Shown: positions 51,294 to 63,011, counted from the stretch's first letter. The stretch: 64,000 nucleotides of DNA from an uncultured Actinomycetota bacterium (GCA_963736705.1 CAVTPV010000005.1:1391056-1455055); one strand, 5' to 3'. The notes: generated from the letters alone by a model not told the origin. A program made the numbers and translations.

Positions 51294-52017
51294 CCTCAAG
51301 TCCGAGTCGAGACCTCCACGTCGGTCGTGCGGCACAGATCCGCAACTCAGCGACGCCGTCCCAGCCGAACACCTGTGTTACGGCCCGTATGTACGCCTGC
51401 TTGACATCGGCCATGCTGGGCGCCGCGCCGGTCAGCCGCTCGATGCTCGTCTGGTGCAGTTGCGGCTCGCCGCACGACACGATGGCGTCGAACAGCGACA
51501 GGTCGACGCTCACGTTGAGCGACGTGCCGTGGCTGCTGACCCAGCGTTGGCAGCGCAGCCCCACCGAGGAGATCTTGTCTCCGTCCACGTAGAGTCCCGG
51601 ACGGCCCGGCGCGCCTCTCCGCGCGGATGCCGAAGTCCAGCCAGCAGGATGACGTTCGCTTCCTCCAGACCCCGCACGTAGGTGCTGAGATCGCGCGCCG
51701 GGGATGGGGACGACGGGATAGCTGACGAGTTGTCCGGGCGCGTGCAGGGTGGCCTGGCCGCCGCGCTCCGACTCGGCCACCGGGATGCCCGCCGCAGGCC
51801 GCGGAGATCGTGCAGTCCCGGCCCGGCTGCCCATGGTGATCACCGGCTCGTGCTCGAGAAGCAGGAGCACTCCCGGGAGGCTTCCGTCGGCCACGGCCTG
51901 CCTCAGGCGGGCCTGGAGGGCCTGCACGGGCAGGTAGGGCGCGACCCCGAGGTCGAACGCGGGGTACTCCGGCCGGGGACGGCTTGAGAGGCCGCCCGGA
52001 AATGTGAGAGACTCCAT
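51232..52017 (-). CDS. lipB: lipoyl(octanoyl) transferase LipB (2-3 frameshifts, 3' end uncertain)
   Basis: ...LLLLEHEPVITMGSRAG..., ERGGQATLHAPGQLVSYPV, GLYVDGDKISSVGLR, HGTSLNV. The ORF tail (about 51232-51340) runs antisense through the tRNA and is probably an artefact of a lost stop. Confidence 0.75.
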   Translation of the reverse strand: MESLTFPGGLSSRPRPEYPAFDLGVAPYLPVQALQARLRQAVADGSLPGVLLLLEHEPVITMGSRAGTARSPRPAAGIPVAESERGGQATLHAPGQLVSYPVVPIPGARSQHLRAGSGGSERHPAGWTSASARRGAPGRPGLYVDGDKISSVGLRCQRWVSSHGTSLNVSVDLSLFDAIVSCGEPQLHQTSIERLTGAAPSMADVKQAYIRAVTQVFGWDGVAELRICAARPTWRSRLGLEVPTAGFEPATPGSGGQCSIP

Positions 52018-52084
52018 CCATAGCAGGCAAGATACCGCACGAACGGCCGGATCGACCGGCCGCAGCCTCAGACCTGGAGGAGCA

Positions 52085-52338
52085 GTGGCGAAGAAGAAGT
52101 TCGATCCCCTGTGGGAGATCGTCGACGAGAAGATAGCGCTGCAGGACGTGGAGCCCGACGTGGAATCTGCCCTGCCCGCACTGCGACGTGCCGCTCCACC
52201 TTGGCGCCATCCGCTCCCAAAGGCCGGCGGGTCACCTGCGGGCTGTGCGGCGGCGTTTCTGAAGTGGTCGAGACCGGCGCGGGCCTTGCCCTCGAAACGC
52301 CGGGAGGCGCCGCCCGCGAGACTCCTAGTAGCGGATGA
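52085..52338 (+). CDS. small zinc-ribbon protein (1 frameshift about 52170)
   Basis: GGAGGA-N3-GTG. VAKKKFDPLWEIVDEKIALQDVEPDVE.. then CPHCD...RVTCGLCGGVSEVVETG (CxxC...CxxC) in ORF 52111..52338. Confidence 0.4.
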
Positions 52339-53432
52339 GCGGCCTTCCCAGGTCGTCCCTGACCGCGCCCAGCCCTGTCGCCAGAGTCGACGGCGCCGAT
52401 ACGGTGGTCGGATCCCCGTCGGAGATGTACCGCAGATCCGGGTCCGCTTTGAGGCCGGCGATGGCGTCGCGCAGGGTGTTCCCGGTGACCGTGATGCGCG
52501 GGATGTGCATGACGTTGAACAGCGTGGAGAAGGGCGAGGCGCACAGGGTCGTCGCCGAGGGTCACCGCGGACGTGTACGTGTAGGCCTTGCCGTCGTAGG
52601 AGCCGCTCGCCAGCAGGGCCTCGTTCTGCGGATACTCACCCGCCGGCACCGAGAGGCTGGTCACCTGATAGCTCGTCCCCGATGAGGTCCTGCAGGGTCT
52701 GCTGCGAGACGAGCAACTCCTTCTGCCACATCCAGGGCCGCGGCCTTCTTGAGGTTCAGGTTGCTCACGGTGTGGCTGCCGACCTCATAGCCCCAGTCCA
52801 CCAGGTTGCGCAGTTTCTCCTGCTGGTTGTCGGGCTGGCCGAAGAGCTCGTTGTCCTTGGAGGTGACGTCCAGAAGGCAGTAGAACGTGGCCTTGGGCGC
52901 CCAGTTGCCGGCGTCGACGGCCGCCTGCAGGATGCCGACGGCGGATTGCGGGTCGAGCGTGCCGTCGTCCAGGATGTTGTACTGTCCGATGCTGGAGTCG
53001 TCGAACGTGAGGACCACCGGGGACATGCCGGCGGGGATGTCGATGTTGCCGGACGCGAGATCGCGCAGGTTGACCGGCTGAAAGCCCTCGGACTTGAGGA
53101 ACTCGATGTCCTTGGCGAGATCCTCAGGGCTGCGGATGTCGGTGCCCCGCTCGGCGCTGATGTCCTCGTAGCGGAGCACCGGGATCTGACCGAGTTCATT
53201 CGCCCCGATGGCGGCGGCCTTGTCGGCGGTCATGGGGCCGGAGAACGAGGAGGACGTGCTGCCCGAAGGCGCGTTGGCACCCGAGCTGCTGCTCGCCGCT
53301 CGCTGGGATGACCGCCTTGGGAGTCCCGGTCTCGGAAGGGGAACCGCCGAACGCGAGCCCCGAGACCAGTCCCAGAAAGGCTCCCACAGCGAAGGCGATC
53401 CCTAAAAAGCGAAGCACTTTGTCACGCCGCAT
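52325..53432 (-). CDS. membrane-anchored polysaccharide deacetylase family protein (about 3 frameshifts)
   Basis: N-terminal TM MRRDKVLRFLGIAFAVGAFLGLVSGLAF. NodB-type motifs VVLTFDDSS and GYEVGSHT. Stitched from ORFs 53196..53432, 52661..53233, 52068..52664 and 52325..52510. Confidence 0.7.
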
Positions 53433-53477
53433 GGTCGGACAAGTCTAGCAGAGCCCTCTGGTAGAATACCCGCCACG

Positions 53478-54747
53478 ATGGACCAGGCGACAGAAAACGG
53501 GCGGCCTTCGGGCCGCAGCACGGCTCGGCGCCGCAGAGGGGCGAAGGGCAAGTTCGCTCTGATCGCCGTCGGCAGCGCGGTCTGTCTTTGCCGCCGGGTT
53601 CATCCTTCTGTGGTCGCTGGGGAGCGTCATGGTGGGGGGAGCGGGTTTCCCATGGGCCTCCAAGGCCCAAGCCTCCATGTCGCCGGCGGCGCTCCAGGCC
53701 CAGGTCGATCACCCGCTCGAACCTCTCGTCGACATGCGGGCCTTCCGCGATCTCTCGTACGTCCCGGTGAAGGGCATCTACGTCACCAGCTACGCCGCCG
53801 GCAAGCGCGTCCTACGTCGAACGGATGGTGGCCATAGCTGATGAGACCGAGATAAACGCGTTCGTCATCGACATCAAGGATGACCATGGCAAAGCTGGCG
53901 TACGATGCCGACGTGTCCGCTGGCTCGAGAGCCTCGGTCTCATCGACGCGCATATCCGCGACATCGATGGCCTGATCGACACCCTGCGGAAGCACGACAT
54001 CACTCCCATCGCTCGTCTGGTGGCCTTCCAGGACAACGCGCTCGCCGAGGCCAGCCCCGACCTGGCCGTCCAAAGCAAGAAGGGCGGCATCTGGAAGCGA
54101 CATCACGGGGCATCGCCTACACGAACCCCTACAATCATGAGGTGTGGGAGTACCAGGTCGAAGTGGCTGAGGACGCGGCCCGGCACGGCTTCAGGGAGAT
54201 CCAGTTCGACTACGTCCGCTTTCCGAGCGATGGTGATCTGTCGGATGCGGTCTACCCGGGTGCCGCCGGAGTCGACCAAGTCCGACGCCATCGCCGGGTT
54301 CCTCGGGTTTGCGCGCGAGCGGCTCGAGAAGCTCGGGGTCTGGGTGTCGGCGGATGTCTTCGGCTTGATCACCACCGTCAAGGACGATCAGGGGATCGGC
54401 CAGCAGTTCGAGAAGATCAGCCGTAACGTCGACATCATCTGTCCCATGGTCTATCCGTCTCACTACGAAGACGGCTCCTACGGGATCGACTCCCCGAACA
54501 CATCGCCCTACGAGCTGGTGACCGCGCGCTCTGAAGGATGCCAAACCGAGGTTGGTCGGCACGGGTGCGATGGCCCGTCCCTGGCTGCAGGACTTCTCCA
54601 TGCGCGGGGTCACCTACGGGGTGGACGAGGTCAAAGCCCAGATCAAAGCAGCGGAAGAGCACGGATTCACTGAGTGGATGATCTGGGATCCGTCGCTCAC
54701 ACGTAGCCTCGCACCGGGAGGCCTTCCGGCAGGGGCGGCGACCGTGA
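53478..54747 (+). CDS. DUF4015-like putative glycoside hydrolase (TIM barrel) with N-terminal TM segment (about 4 frameshifts, 3' end approximate)
   Basis: ...NAFVIDIKDDHGK..., YTNPYNHEVWEYQVEVAEDAARHGFREIQFDYVRFPSDG, ...VWVSADVFG..., CPMVYPSHY, ...PWLQDFS... Call rests on remembered family motifs only. Confidence 0.55.
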
Positions 54748-54753
54748 GCGCCG

Positions 54754-56523
54754 CTAGTCGACCACCACGGGGACGAGCGTCTGCGCGTCCACGTCCAAGC
54801 AGGCCGTCGAGCGTGAGCCGCAGCCGGGGGATCACGCTCAGGGTGATGAAGCTGAGCACCATGAAAGGCTCCTCGAAGTCGACGCCCAGCGAGCCGGCCG
54901 CCCGTTCCAGCGAGCGGAGCTGAGCCGCCACCTCACCCACGGGAAGATCGGCCATGAGCCCGGCGAGGGGGAGAGGCAGCACCTGCGCCATGTCCCCTTT
55001 GACCACGGCCAGCCCGCCTCCCGCCGCGGCGACTGCGCGCGCCGCGGCAAGCATGTCCGCCGGGTCGACGCCGACCACCAGCAGGTGATGGGCATCGTGC
55101 GCGATGGTGGTGGCGATGGCCCCGCTGCGCAGCCCCAGGCCGCTGACCAGGCCGCAGCCGATCTTGGTGGCCAGGGAAGTCCCGGATACGGCGTACGCGG
55201 GAGCCGCTCCGGTGGCGGGGCGGCGCTGCATGAGGGCCACCAGGCAGACGTCCTTGTCGGGGTCGGCCTGCAGGCGGCCGTCGACGGCCTCGCACCTCCA
55301 CGAAGCGCTCGTCGCTGACGATGGCCCGCGGCGTGATGTGGATGGCCCGGGCCCGGTGGGGGCCGTCGGAGGCGGCGGGGGCGAGGTCGCGCGCGTCGGA
55401 GACCTCCAGCCGGAAGGGCGGAGAAGCCAGCGGCGGGGTGGGCGGCAGAGGCACGGTGAGCTCGCCGTCGCGGGCCACGAGCCGGCCCGTCTGGATGACG
55501 TCGCGGGGATGCGGCGACCGCCGGGTCCTCCACGATGAGGAGGTCGGCGCGATAACCGGGAGTGACGCTGCCCCGGTCGAAAAGGCGGTAGAGGGTGGCC
55601 GGGTTGATCGTGGCGGCGCGCAGGGCGGCCGCCACCGGCACGCCGGCGCGGCACAGCGCCGCCACCACTCCGTCCAGGTGATGGTGCTCGGCCAGGGCGG
55701 CGGCGTTGCGGTCGTCGGTGCAGAGGGCGGTGCGCTCGGTGCCGTGCTCCACGAGGTAGGGCAGGGCCCGGGTGAGGTCGCGGGCGGCGGAGCCCTCGCG
55801 GATGAGGGTCCACATGCCCAGCCGGCGGCGCTCCAGCAGGAGTTCCGGGTCGGAGGTCTCGTGGTCGGTGCTGGGGCCGGCGACCATGTAGGCGGCCAGC
55901 TGCCTGCCGGTGACGTCCGGAGCGTGGCCGTCGACCACCCGGTGGCCGGACAGGTCGAACAGGCGGCCGGAGGCCTCTCCCGGAGATGAGGCCCATGTAG
56001 TCCATGGCCTCGCCCAGCCCGGTGACGCCGTCCTGCTCGAGGAGATCGGCCACCTCGTACGGCGTCGAGGCGCCCGGCGGCGTACTCGAAGCGGGACGCC
56101 GGCACCGTCGTGGGGATCATGATGCGCAGGTCGAGCGGCAGACCGGGCCGGGCGGCCAGGTAGAAGTCGATGCCGGCCCGGCCCATCACGTTGGTGATCT
56201 CGTGCGGCTCCGACAGGGTGGTGGTGACGCCGTGCACCACGAGGGCCTCGGCGAAGCGGGGAGGCGAGAGCAGTGACGTCTCCGGATGCACGTGCGCGTC
56301 GATGAACCCGGGGATGACGAACATGCCCCGCGCGTCGATGACGGCGTCCGGCCTCGCCGGGGTAGTGGCCGACTCCCGCGATGAGCGACCCGCACACGGC
56401 CACGTCGGCCTCGAACATCTCCCCGGTGAAGGGCGAGAACACCCGGCCTCCCCTGATGAGGAGGGTGGGCTGCTCGAGACCCAGCGCCACCCGGCGGCAT
56501 TGTTCACGTTCGCGCATATCCAT
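54754..56523 (-). CDS. ade: adenine deaminase (about 6 frameshifts)
   Basis: LLIRGGRVFSP..., GMFVIPGFIDAHVHPETS, ...EPHEITNV..., ...ALCTDD..., C-terminal ...GLMADLPVGEVAAQL...FITLSVIPRLRLT. Spread over ORFs 54614, 54838 and 54933. Confidence 0.85.
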
Positions 56524-56583
56524 TAGAATAACGTTGCATTCCGGCCTGGCGGTCCGGGAATCCGTCCGTTTTGATCAAAGACC

Positions 56584-57013
56584 ATGGTTTTGGGGGTCTC
56601 TGTGAGCGTTCCGCAGCTCTCCGTGTTCGTGGAGAACAAGCCTGGGCATCTTGCCGACACGCTCGCCACCCTGGCGGCCGCGGGGGTCAACATCCACTCG
56701 TTCACCATCGCGGACACGAACGACTACGGCATCCTCCGCCTGGTGGTGGACAAGGTGGACGAGGCCGAAGCAGGCCCTGGGCAGCGCCGGCTACATGGTG
56801 GTGGAGCACCCGGTGGTGCGCACCGTCCTCCGCGACGAGCCCGGAGCGCTGGCCACCGTCGTGCGCCTGGTGTACGAGTCGGGCCTCGACATCGAGTACA
56901 TCTATCAGGGCAACAAGGACACGCTCTGCATCAAGACCGAGGATCTCGAGCGGATGGAAGAACTCCTCGTCAAGAGCGGCTTCCGCGTCCTCGGCCCCGG
57001 CGACGTGATCTGA
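56584..57013 (+). CDS. ACT domain-containing protein (tandem ACT) (1 frameshift near 56770)
   Basis: QLSVFVENKPGHLADTLATLAAAGVNIHSFTIADTNDYGILRLVV and VLRDEPGALATVVRLVYESGLDIEYIY. Confidence 0.7.
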
Positions 57014-57035
57014 TCTCGCCCGAGCGGCGCCCGCT

Positions 57036-57914
57036 GTGACATTCGACCAATTCCTGCAGTACATCTTCAGCGGTATCACCAGCGGCAGCGTCTACGCGCT
57101 GACCGCCATCGGGTTCACCCTCGTGTTCAGCGCCACCCAGATCATCAACTTCGCCCAGGGGCAGATGGTCATGCTCGGCGGGATGATGGGCATCACCCTG
57201 CACGACGCGGGACTGCCTCTGTGGGCGTGCTTCATCGGGGCGGTGGTGGTCGTGGCGGCGGTGAGCGTGGGCATGGAGGAGGTGGCCATCCGGCCTCTCC
57301 TGCGCAAGGGCGTGCTGACGCAGATCATCGCCACGGTCGGCGCCTCCTTCGTGTTCGAGACGGCGGCCATGCTCATCTGGGGGCGTGACGCCAAGCCTCT
57401 GCCCGCCTTCTCGGGGGAGACGCCCATCGCCATCGGCCGGGCGACGATCGTGCCCCAGACTCTGTGGGTGGTGGGCCTCACCGTGGTCGTGGTCGTCGCG
57501 CTGACGGTCTTCTACCGCAAGAGCCTGTTCGGCACGGCCATCCGGGCCTGCGCCGTCAACCCGGACGCGGCCCGGCTGCAGGGCATCTCGTACCGGCGGG
57601 TGGTGGTGTTCACGTTCGCGCTCACCGGCGCCGTGGCGGCGGCTGCCGGCGTCATGATCACGCCCATCAGCTTCATGAGCTATTCGTCGGGCACGCTGCT
57701 CGGCCTCAAGGGCTTCGCGGCGGCCACGCTGGGTGGGCTGGGCAACCCGCTGGGGGCGGTGGTGGGCGGGTTCGCCCTCGGCATCGTGGAGGCTCTGGGG
57801 GTGGGGGTGGTCTCCGCCGGCTACAAGGACGCCATCGCCTTCGTCATCCTGCTGCTGGTGCTGTTCCTCCGGCCCTCGGGACTGCTGGGCGCCAAGGTGG
57901 TGAACCGGCAGTGA
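57036..57914 (+). CDS. livH: branched-chain amino acid ABC transporter permease
   Basis: Intact 292-aa ORF. GSVYALTAIGFTLVFSATQIINFAQG... is typical LivH. Confidence 0.9.
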   Translation: MTFDQFLQYIFSGITSGSVYALTAIGFTLVFSATQIINFAQGQMVMLGGMMGITLHDAGLPLWACFIGAVVVVAAVSVGMEEVAIRPLLRKGVLTQIIATVGASFVFETAAMLIWGRDAKPLPAFSGETPIAIGRATIVPQTLWVVGLTVVVVVALTVFYRKSLFGTAIRACAVNPDAARLQGISYRRVVVFTFALTGAVAAAAGVMITPISFMSYSSGTLLGLKGFAAATLGGLGNPLGAVVGGFALGIVEALGVGVVSAGYKDAIAFVILLLVLFLRPSGLLGAKVVNRQ

Positions 57915-58941
57915 GCGGCAACCCGACAGCGAGCTTCCTGCGCCGCCACGCCGGCTACCTGGTCTTCGCGGTCATCGTGATGACCATCCCGGCCTATCTC
58001 TCCAACACCTACTACCTGTCGGTGCTGTCCTTCGCGGCGCACCGCGCTTCATGATGGCCCTGGGCATCAGCCTGCTGCTGGGGCAGGCCGGGCAGATCTC
58101 GCTCGGGCAGTCGGCCTTCGTGGGCATCGGCGCCTACGGCTCGGCCATCCTCACCACCAGGGTGGGGTTCGACCCCTGGGTCGGCGCTGGTGGTCGCGGC
58201 CATCCTGGCGGCGGTCATCGCCGGGTTGGTCGGCATCCCGACGCTCAAGCTCAAGGGCTACTACCTGGCCATGGCCACGCTGGGCATCAACGAGATCATC
58301 TACATCCTGCTGGTGCAACTCAAGCCGCTCACCAACGGCACCGACGGCATCACCGGCATCCCGGCGCCTGCACATCGGCGGGCTGGATCTCAGCGGCCCC
58401 CGGGCCTATCACCTGGTGGTGTGGGGCGTCGGCTCTGCTCATGTTCCGCTTGGCGCTCAACCTGACGAGCTCGCGGGTGGGGCGCTCGCTGCGCGCCCTG
58501 CACCGCTCCGAACCGGCGGCCGAGTCGCTGGGCATCGACTCCTCGTACCGCAAGGTGCAGGTGTTCATGATCGCCGCGGTGTTCGCCAGCATCGCCGGGA
58601 GCTTCGACGCCTACCACGTCCAGTACATCAGCCCCGACAGCTACACCATCACGTTCTCCATCATCCTGGTGACGGGTGTGATCATCGGCGGCCTGCGCTC
58701 GCTGTGGGGCGCCGTGTGGGGCACCCTCGTCATCGTGATGCTGCCCGAGCTCCTCAAGCGGGTCAACGACGACTTCACCAACCTGGTGTTCGGCGTGCTG
58801 CTCATCGCCATCATGATCCTGTCGGGGCGGGGCAAGCTCGACATCTGGAGCCGGGTACGAGGGTCGTTGACGCGCCGTGGCCGGCAGCCGGCGGCGGGTG
58901 CGGGGCCTGGGGCGGGACTCGGCTCGGGGCCGGAGGACTAG
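57911..58941 (+). CDS. livM: branched-chain amino acid ABC transporter permease (about 4 frameshifts)
   Basis: ...ALGISLLLGQAGQISLGQSAFVGIGAYG..., LKGYYLAMATLGINEI..., TNGTDGITGIP. GTGA overlap with livH. Confidence 0.85.
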
Positions 58942-58944
58942 GGC

Positions 58945-59709
58945 ATGCCGTTGCTGAGCGTACAGAACGTGTCCAAGCGCTTCGGCGGGCTCGATGCTCT
59001 GCGGGATGTGACTTTCTCGGTCTACCGCGACCAGATCAAGGCGCTCATCGGACCAAACGGCGCCGGCAAGACCACGCTCTTCAACATCGTCTCGGGGTCG
59101 TACCGGCCCACGGAGGGCAAGGTGCTGTTCGGCGGGGTGGACGTGGCCGGCAAGGCGCCGCACCGCATCTGCCGGATGGGCGTGGGGCGGACGTTCCAGC
59201 ACAGTCTGGTGTTCGACGACATGAGCGTGGTGGAGAACGTGGCGGTGGGGCGCTACTCGCGGACCAAGGCCGGACTGCTCTCGGCCGCCCTCACCCTACC
59301 GCGCCACCGGCGGGAGGAGGCCGAGACCTTCAAGGCGGCCCACGAGGCCCTGCGGCGCGTGGGACTGGATCATCTGGCGCAGGAGCCGGCGGAGAACCTG
59401 CCCATGGGTGAGCGGCATCTGCTCGAGATCGCCAGGGCGCTGGCGTCGGGGCCGCAACTGCTGCTCCTGGACGAGCCGGCGGCCGGCCTCAACGACGACG
59501 AGACCCTGCGGTTGGCGGATACTGTGAAGAAAATTCGGGACGAAGGCGTGACCGTGCTCCTGGTGGAGCACGACATGAACTTCGTCATGGAGATATCGGA
59601 TGAAGTGGTGGTGCTCGACTACGGCAGGAAGATCGCCGAGGGGCCGCCTCTCATGATCCAGAACAACGAAGAAGTGATCAAAGCGTATCTCGGGGAGGAA
59701 TTGGAATGA
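58945..59709 (+). CDS. livG: branched-chain amino acid ABC transporter ATP-binding protein
   Basis: Intact. Walker A GPNGAGKTT, signature-like LPMGERHLLEIARAL, Walker B LLLLDEPAAG. Confidence 0.9.
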   Translation: MPLLSVQNVSKRFGGLDALRDVTFSVYRDQIKALIGPNGAGKTTLFNIVSGSYRPTEGKVLFGGVDVAGKAPHRICRMGVGRTFQHSLVFDDMSVVENVAVGRYSRTKAGLLSAALTLPRHRREEAETFKAAHEALRRVGLDHLAQEPAENLPMGERHLLEIARALASGPQLLLLDEPAAGLNDDETLRLADTVKKIRDEGVTVLLVEHDMNFVMEISDEVVVLDYGRKIAEGPPLMIQNNEEVIKAYLGEELE

Positions 59710-60984
59710 GCAGGTCAAGCAAGAAGAACAACGGAGCGCGCATCGATACCGGGTATCAGTCTCGTGCTGCTCGTGGCGGCGCTTGTTGGTGGTCGCTGCT
59801 GACGGCGGCCGCCTGCGGCGGAGAGACCACCACGACCACGGCGGCCGGCGGGACCGTCACCACGCGGCGGTACCGCTCCCACCGGCGATCCCATCGTCAT
59901 CGGCGCCATCGTCTCGGCCACCGGCCCGGGCGCGGCTCTTGGCGAGCAGGAGCGGAACGTCCTGGAGATGGAGCAGGAGCTCATCAACGCCAGCGGCGGG
60001 ATCCTGGGCAGGCCGGTCAAGATCGTCGTGGAAGACGACAAGAGCGACCCGAAGGAAGCCGTCACGGCGGCCAACAAGCTGCTTTCGCAGGACAAAGCCA
60101 TCGCGCTGATCGCGGCCACCACGTCGTCCTCGACGCTGGCCGTCAAGGAGATCGCCGCGCAGAAGGGCGTTCCGCAGATGGCCATGGCCGCGGCCAACGA
60201 CATCACCGACAAGGAACCCATGCGAGTGGATCTGGCGGACGCCGCAGAAAGACGCCATGGCCGTGCAGCGGGCCCTCGACTACATCTCCAAGAACCTCAA
60301 GGTCAAGAAGATCGCCGTTCTCCACGACGAGAACGCTTTCGGTTCTTCCGGCGACGCCGAGATCGCCAAGGCGGCGCCGGCCTTGGGGCTGGAAGTCGTG
60401 GCCTCTGAGTCGTACAAGACCGCCGACACCGACATGACCGCGCAGCTCACCAAGATCAAGGGCACCAACCCGGAAGTCCTCGTGGTCTGGGGCACCAACC
60501 CCGGTCCCGCGCTGGCCGCGAAGAACATGAAGCAACTCGGCATGACCATCCCGTACGTGGGCAGCCACGGCATCGCCAACAAGACCTTCATCGAACTGGC
60601 CGCCGACGCAGCTGAGGGCGTGGTCTTCCCGGCCGGCCGTCTGCTCGTTCCGAGCTCTATCACCGACGCCAAGCAGAAGGAAGTCACCGAAGCCTTCATC
60701 GCCGCCTACACGGCGAAGTACAACGCCGCGCCCAACCCGTTCGCCGGGTACGCCTTCGAGGCCATCACCCTGCTGGCCGACGCCATCACCCGGGCGGGCA
60801 GCACCGACGCCGTCGCCATCCAGACCGCGCTCGACGCGACCAGCCGGCTTCGCCGCGCCGGACGGCATCTACAACTACACGCAAGACCAACCATGACGGT
60901 CTGACCGCGTCGGACATGATCATGGTCAAGATCCAGGGCGGTACCTGGGTCATCGCCGAGCATACGGAGAGAGCGCTTGCTTGA
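59706..60984 (+). CDS. branched-chain amino acid ABC transporter substrate-binding lipoprotein (about 5 frameshifts)
   Basis: Lipobox LLTAAAC|GG. ...PIVIGAIVSATGPGAALGEQ..., VVEDDKSDPKEAVTAANKLL..., ...LVVWGTNPGPALAAKNMKQLG... Confidence 0.8.
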
Positions 60985-61709
60985 ACTGCGCGACATCCGG
61001 GCGGGTTACGGGAAGATCGAGGTGCTCCACGGCCTCGATCTGACCGTGGCCGCCGGCGAGATCATCACGGTGATCGGCGCCAACGGGGCCGGCAAGAGCA
61101 CGCTGCTCAAAGCCGTCTCCGGGCTGGTGAGGCTTTCGGGAGGGAGCGTCTCTCTCGAGGGGGAGCGGCTCGACACGCTGAGCGTGGAGCAGATCGTCTC
61201 CCGGCGCATCATCCAGGTCCCGGAGGGCCGGCAGCTGTTCGGTCCGCTCACGGTGGCCGAGAACCTGGCCCTCGGCTCGTATTCGCGCAGGCGCGCAGGG
61301 CACTCCGGTGGCGGAGCGTCTGAAGAAGGTGTTCGCTCTCTTCCCCCGCCTGGAAGAGCGACAGGGGCAGCAGGCCGGCACCCTCTCCGGCGGCGAGCAG
61401 CAGATGCTGGCCATCGGGCGGGCGCTCATGGCCGAGCCGCGCGTGCTGCTGCTCGACGAGCCGTCGATGGGCCTGGCGCCCATCATCGTGCGCGACATCT
61501 TCGCCACCTTGCGCACCCTGAACGAGGAAGGCCTCACCATGGTGCTGGTGGAACAGGACGCCCGGATAGCCCTGAGTCTGGCTCATCGCGGGCTGGTGAT
61601 GGAACGGGGCAGCATCGTGCTGGCCGATTCGGCCCAGGCGTTGCTGGCGAACCCCGAGGTACAGGCCATCTATTTCGGCCAGCGGGCCGGAGGCCGGGAG
61701 AAACGATGA
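60977..61709 (+). CDS. livF: branched-chain amino acid ABC transporter ATP-binding protein (1 frameshift near 61295)
   Basis: Walker A GANGAGKST, LSGGEQQMLAIGRAL, LLLLDEPSMGLAP. TTG start. Confidence 0.9.
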
Positions 61710-63011
61710 ACGAGATCTGGAACCCTGAGTACGAGACCATGAGCGGGGACGAGCTGCGCGAACTTCAGTTCAAGCGGCTGCAGATGACCCTGCGCTGGAC
61801 CTACGACAACGTGCCGTTCCACCACGACCGCTGGTCGGCCATGAAGCTCAAGCCGGGCGACATCCGCTCGCTGGACGACGTGCGCAAGCTGCCCTTCATG
61901 GTGAAGGGCGACTTCAAGGCCGCCTATCCCTACGGGCTGTTCGCGCTGCCGCTCGAGAAGATCATCCGCATCCACTCCACATCGGGGGCCATATCCAACC
62001 CGACGGTGGTCGGCTACAGCCGGGGCGATCTCAACACCTGGTCGGAACTCTGCGCCCGCGTGGCCGTGGCCGGCGGCGTGCACTCTCACGACGTGGCCCA
62101 GATCAGCTTCGAGTACGGACTCACCACAGGAGCCTTCGGCATGCACGCGGGGCTGGAGCGGGTGGGGGTCACCGTGGTCCCGACGTCCACGGGCAACACC
62201 CAGCGGCAGCTCAAGGTGATGCGGGACTTCAAGACCACCGTCCTGGTGGGCACCCCGTCGTACGTGATGCATCTCACCGAGGTGGCGCCCGGTCTCGGCT
62301 ACGACCTGAAGGAGCTCGACCTACGGGTGGCTCTGCTCGGCTCGGAGCCGTGGACCAATCAGACCCGGGAAGAGATCGAGGAGCGCACCGGCATGTCGGC
62401 CAGCGATATCTACGGTCTGTCCGAGGTCATCGGCCCGGGCGTCTCGTACGAGTGCTGGAACAAGGACGGCCTGCACGTCAACGAGGACCACTTCCTCGTG
62501 GAGGTGGTGGACCCGGCGACCGGCGAACCGGTGCCCGACGGCACGGAGGGCGAACTGGTCTTCACGTCGCTCACCAAGGAGGCTCTGCCGGTGATCCGTT
62601 ACCGGACGGGCGATCTGGCCAGTCTCAACCCCAAGCCCTGCGCATGCGGGCGCGTGTTCGCGCGGCACAGCAAGGTGTACGGGCGGACCGACGACATGCT
62701 CATCATCCGGGGCGTCAACGTGTATCCCGCGTCCATCGAGGCCGTGCTTGCCGATATCGAGGGTGTCGATCCCCGCTATCGCATCATCGTGTCCCGCGAG
62801 GGCGCGATGGACCAGACTCGAGATCCAGATCGAGGTGGAGCCGTCCTTCATGGCCGACACCGTGCGCAAGCTGCAGAGCTTCCAGCGCGAGGTGGAAGCG
62901 CGGATGCGCCAGGAACTGGGTATCCGCCCGCGGGTGCGTCTGGTGGAGCCTCGCACGGTGCCGGCGGAGCAGTTGCGGCGAGTGGTCGACCAGCGGGACA
63001 AGTCGGTCTAA
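61706..63011 (+). CDS. paaK: phenylacetate--CoA ligase family protein (1 frameshift near 62815)
   Basis: ...LRELQFKRLQMTLRWTYDNVPFH..., IHSTSGAISNPTVV (AMP-binding motif), DIYGLSEV, YRTGDL, GRTDDMLIIRGVNVYP. ATGA overlap with livF. Confidence 0.85.

Noticed and set aside
52085-52338. LysW/ArgW amino-group carrier protein identity for the zinc-ribbon ORF
   Set aside because: The CxxC...CxxCG..EVV pattern is reminiscent. However, there is a long unrelated N-terminus, no acidic EDWGE-type C-terminus, and no lysX/lysY/lysZ neighbours.
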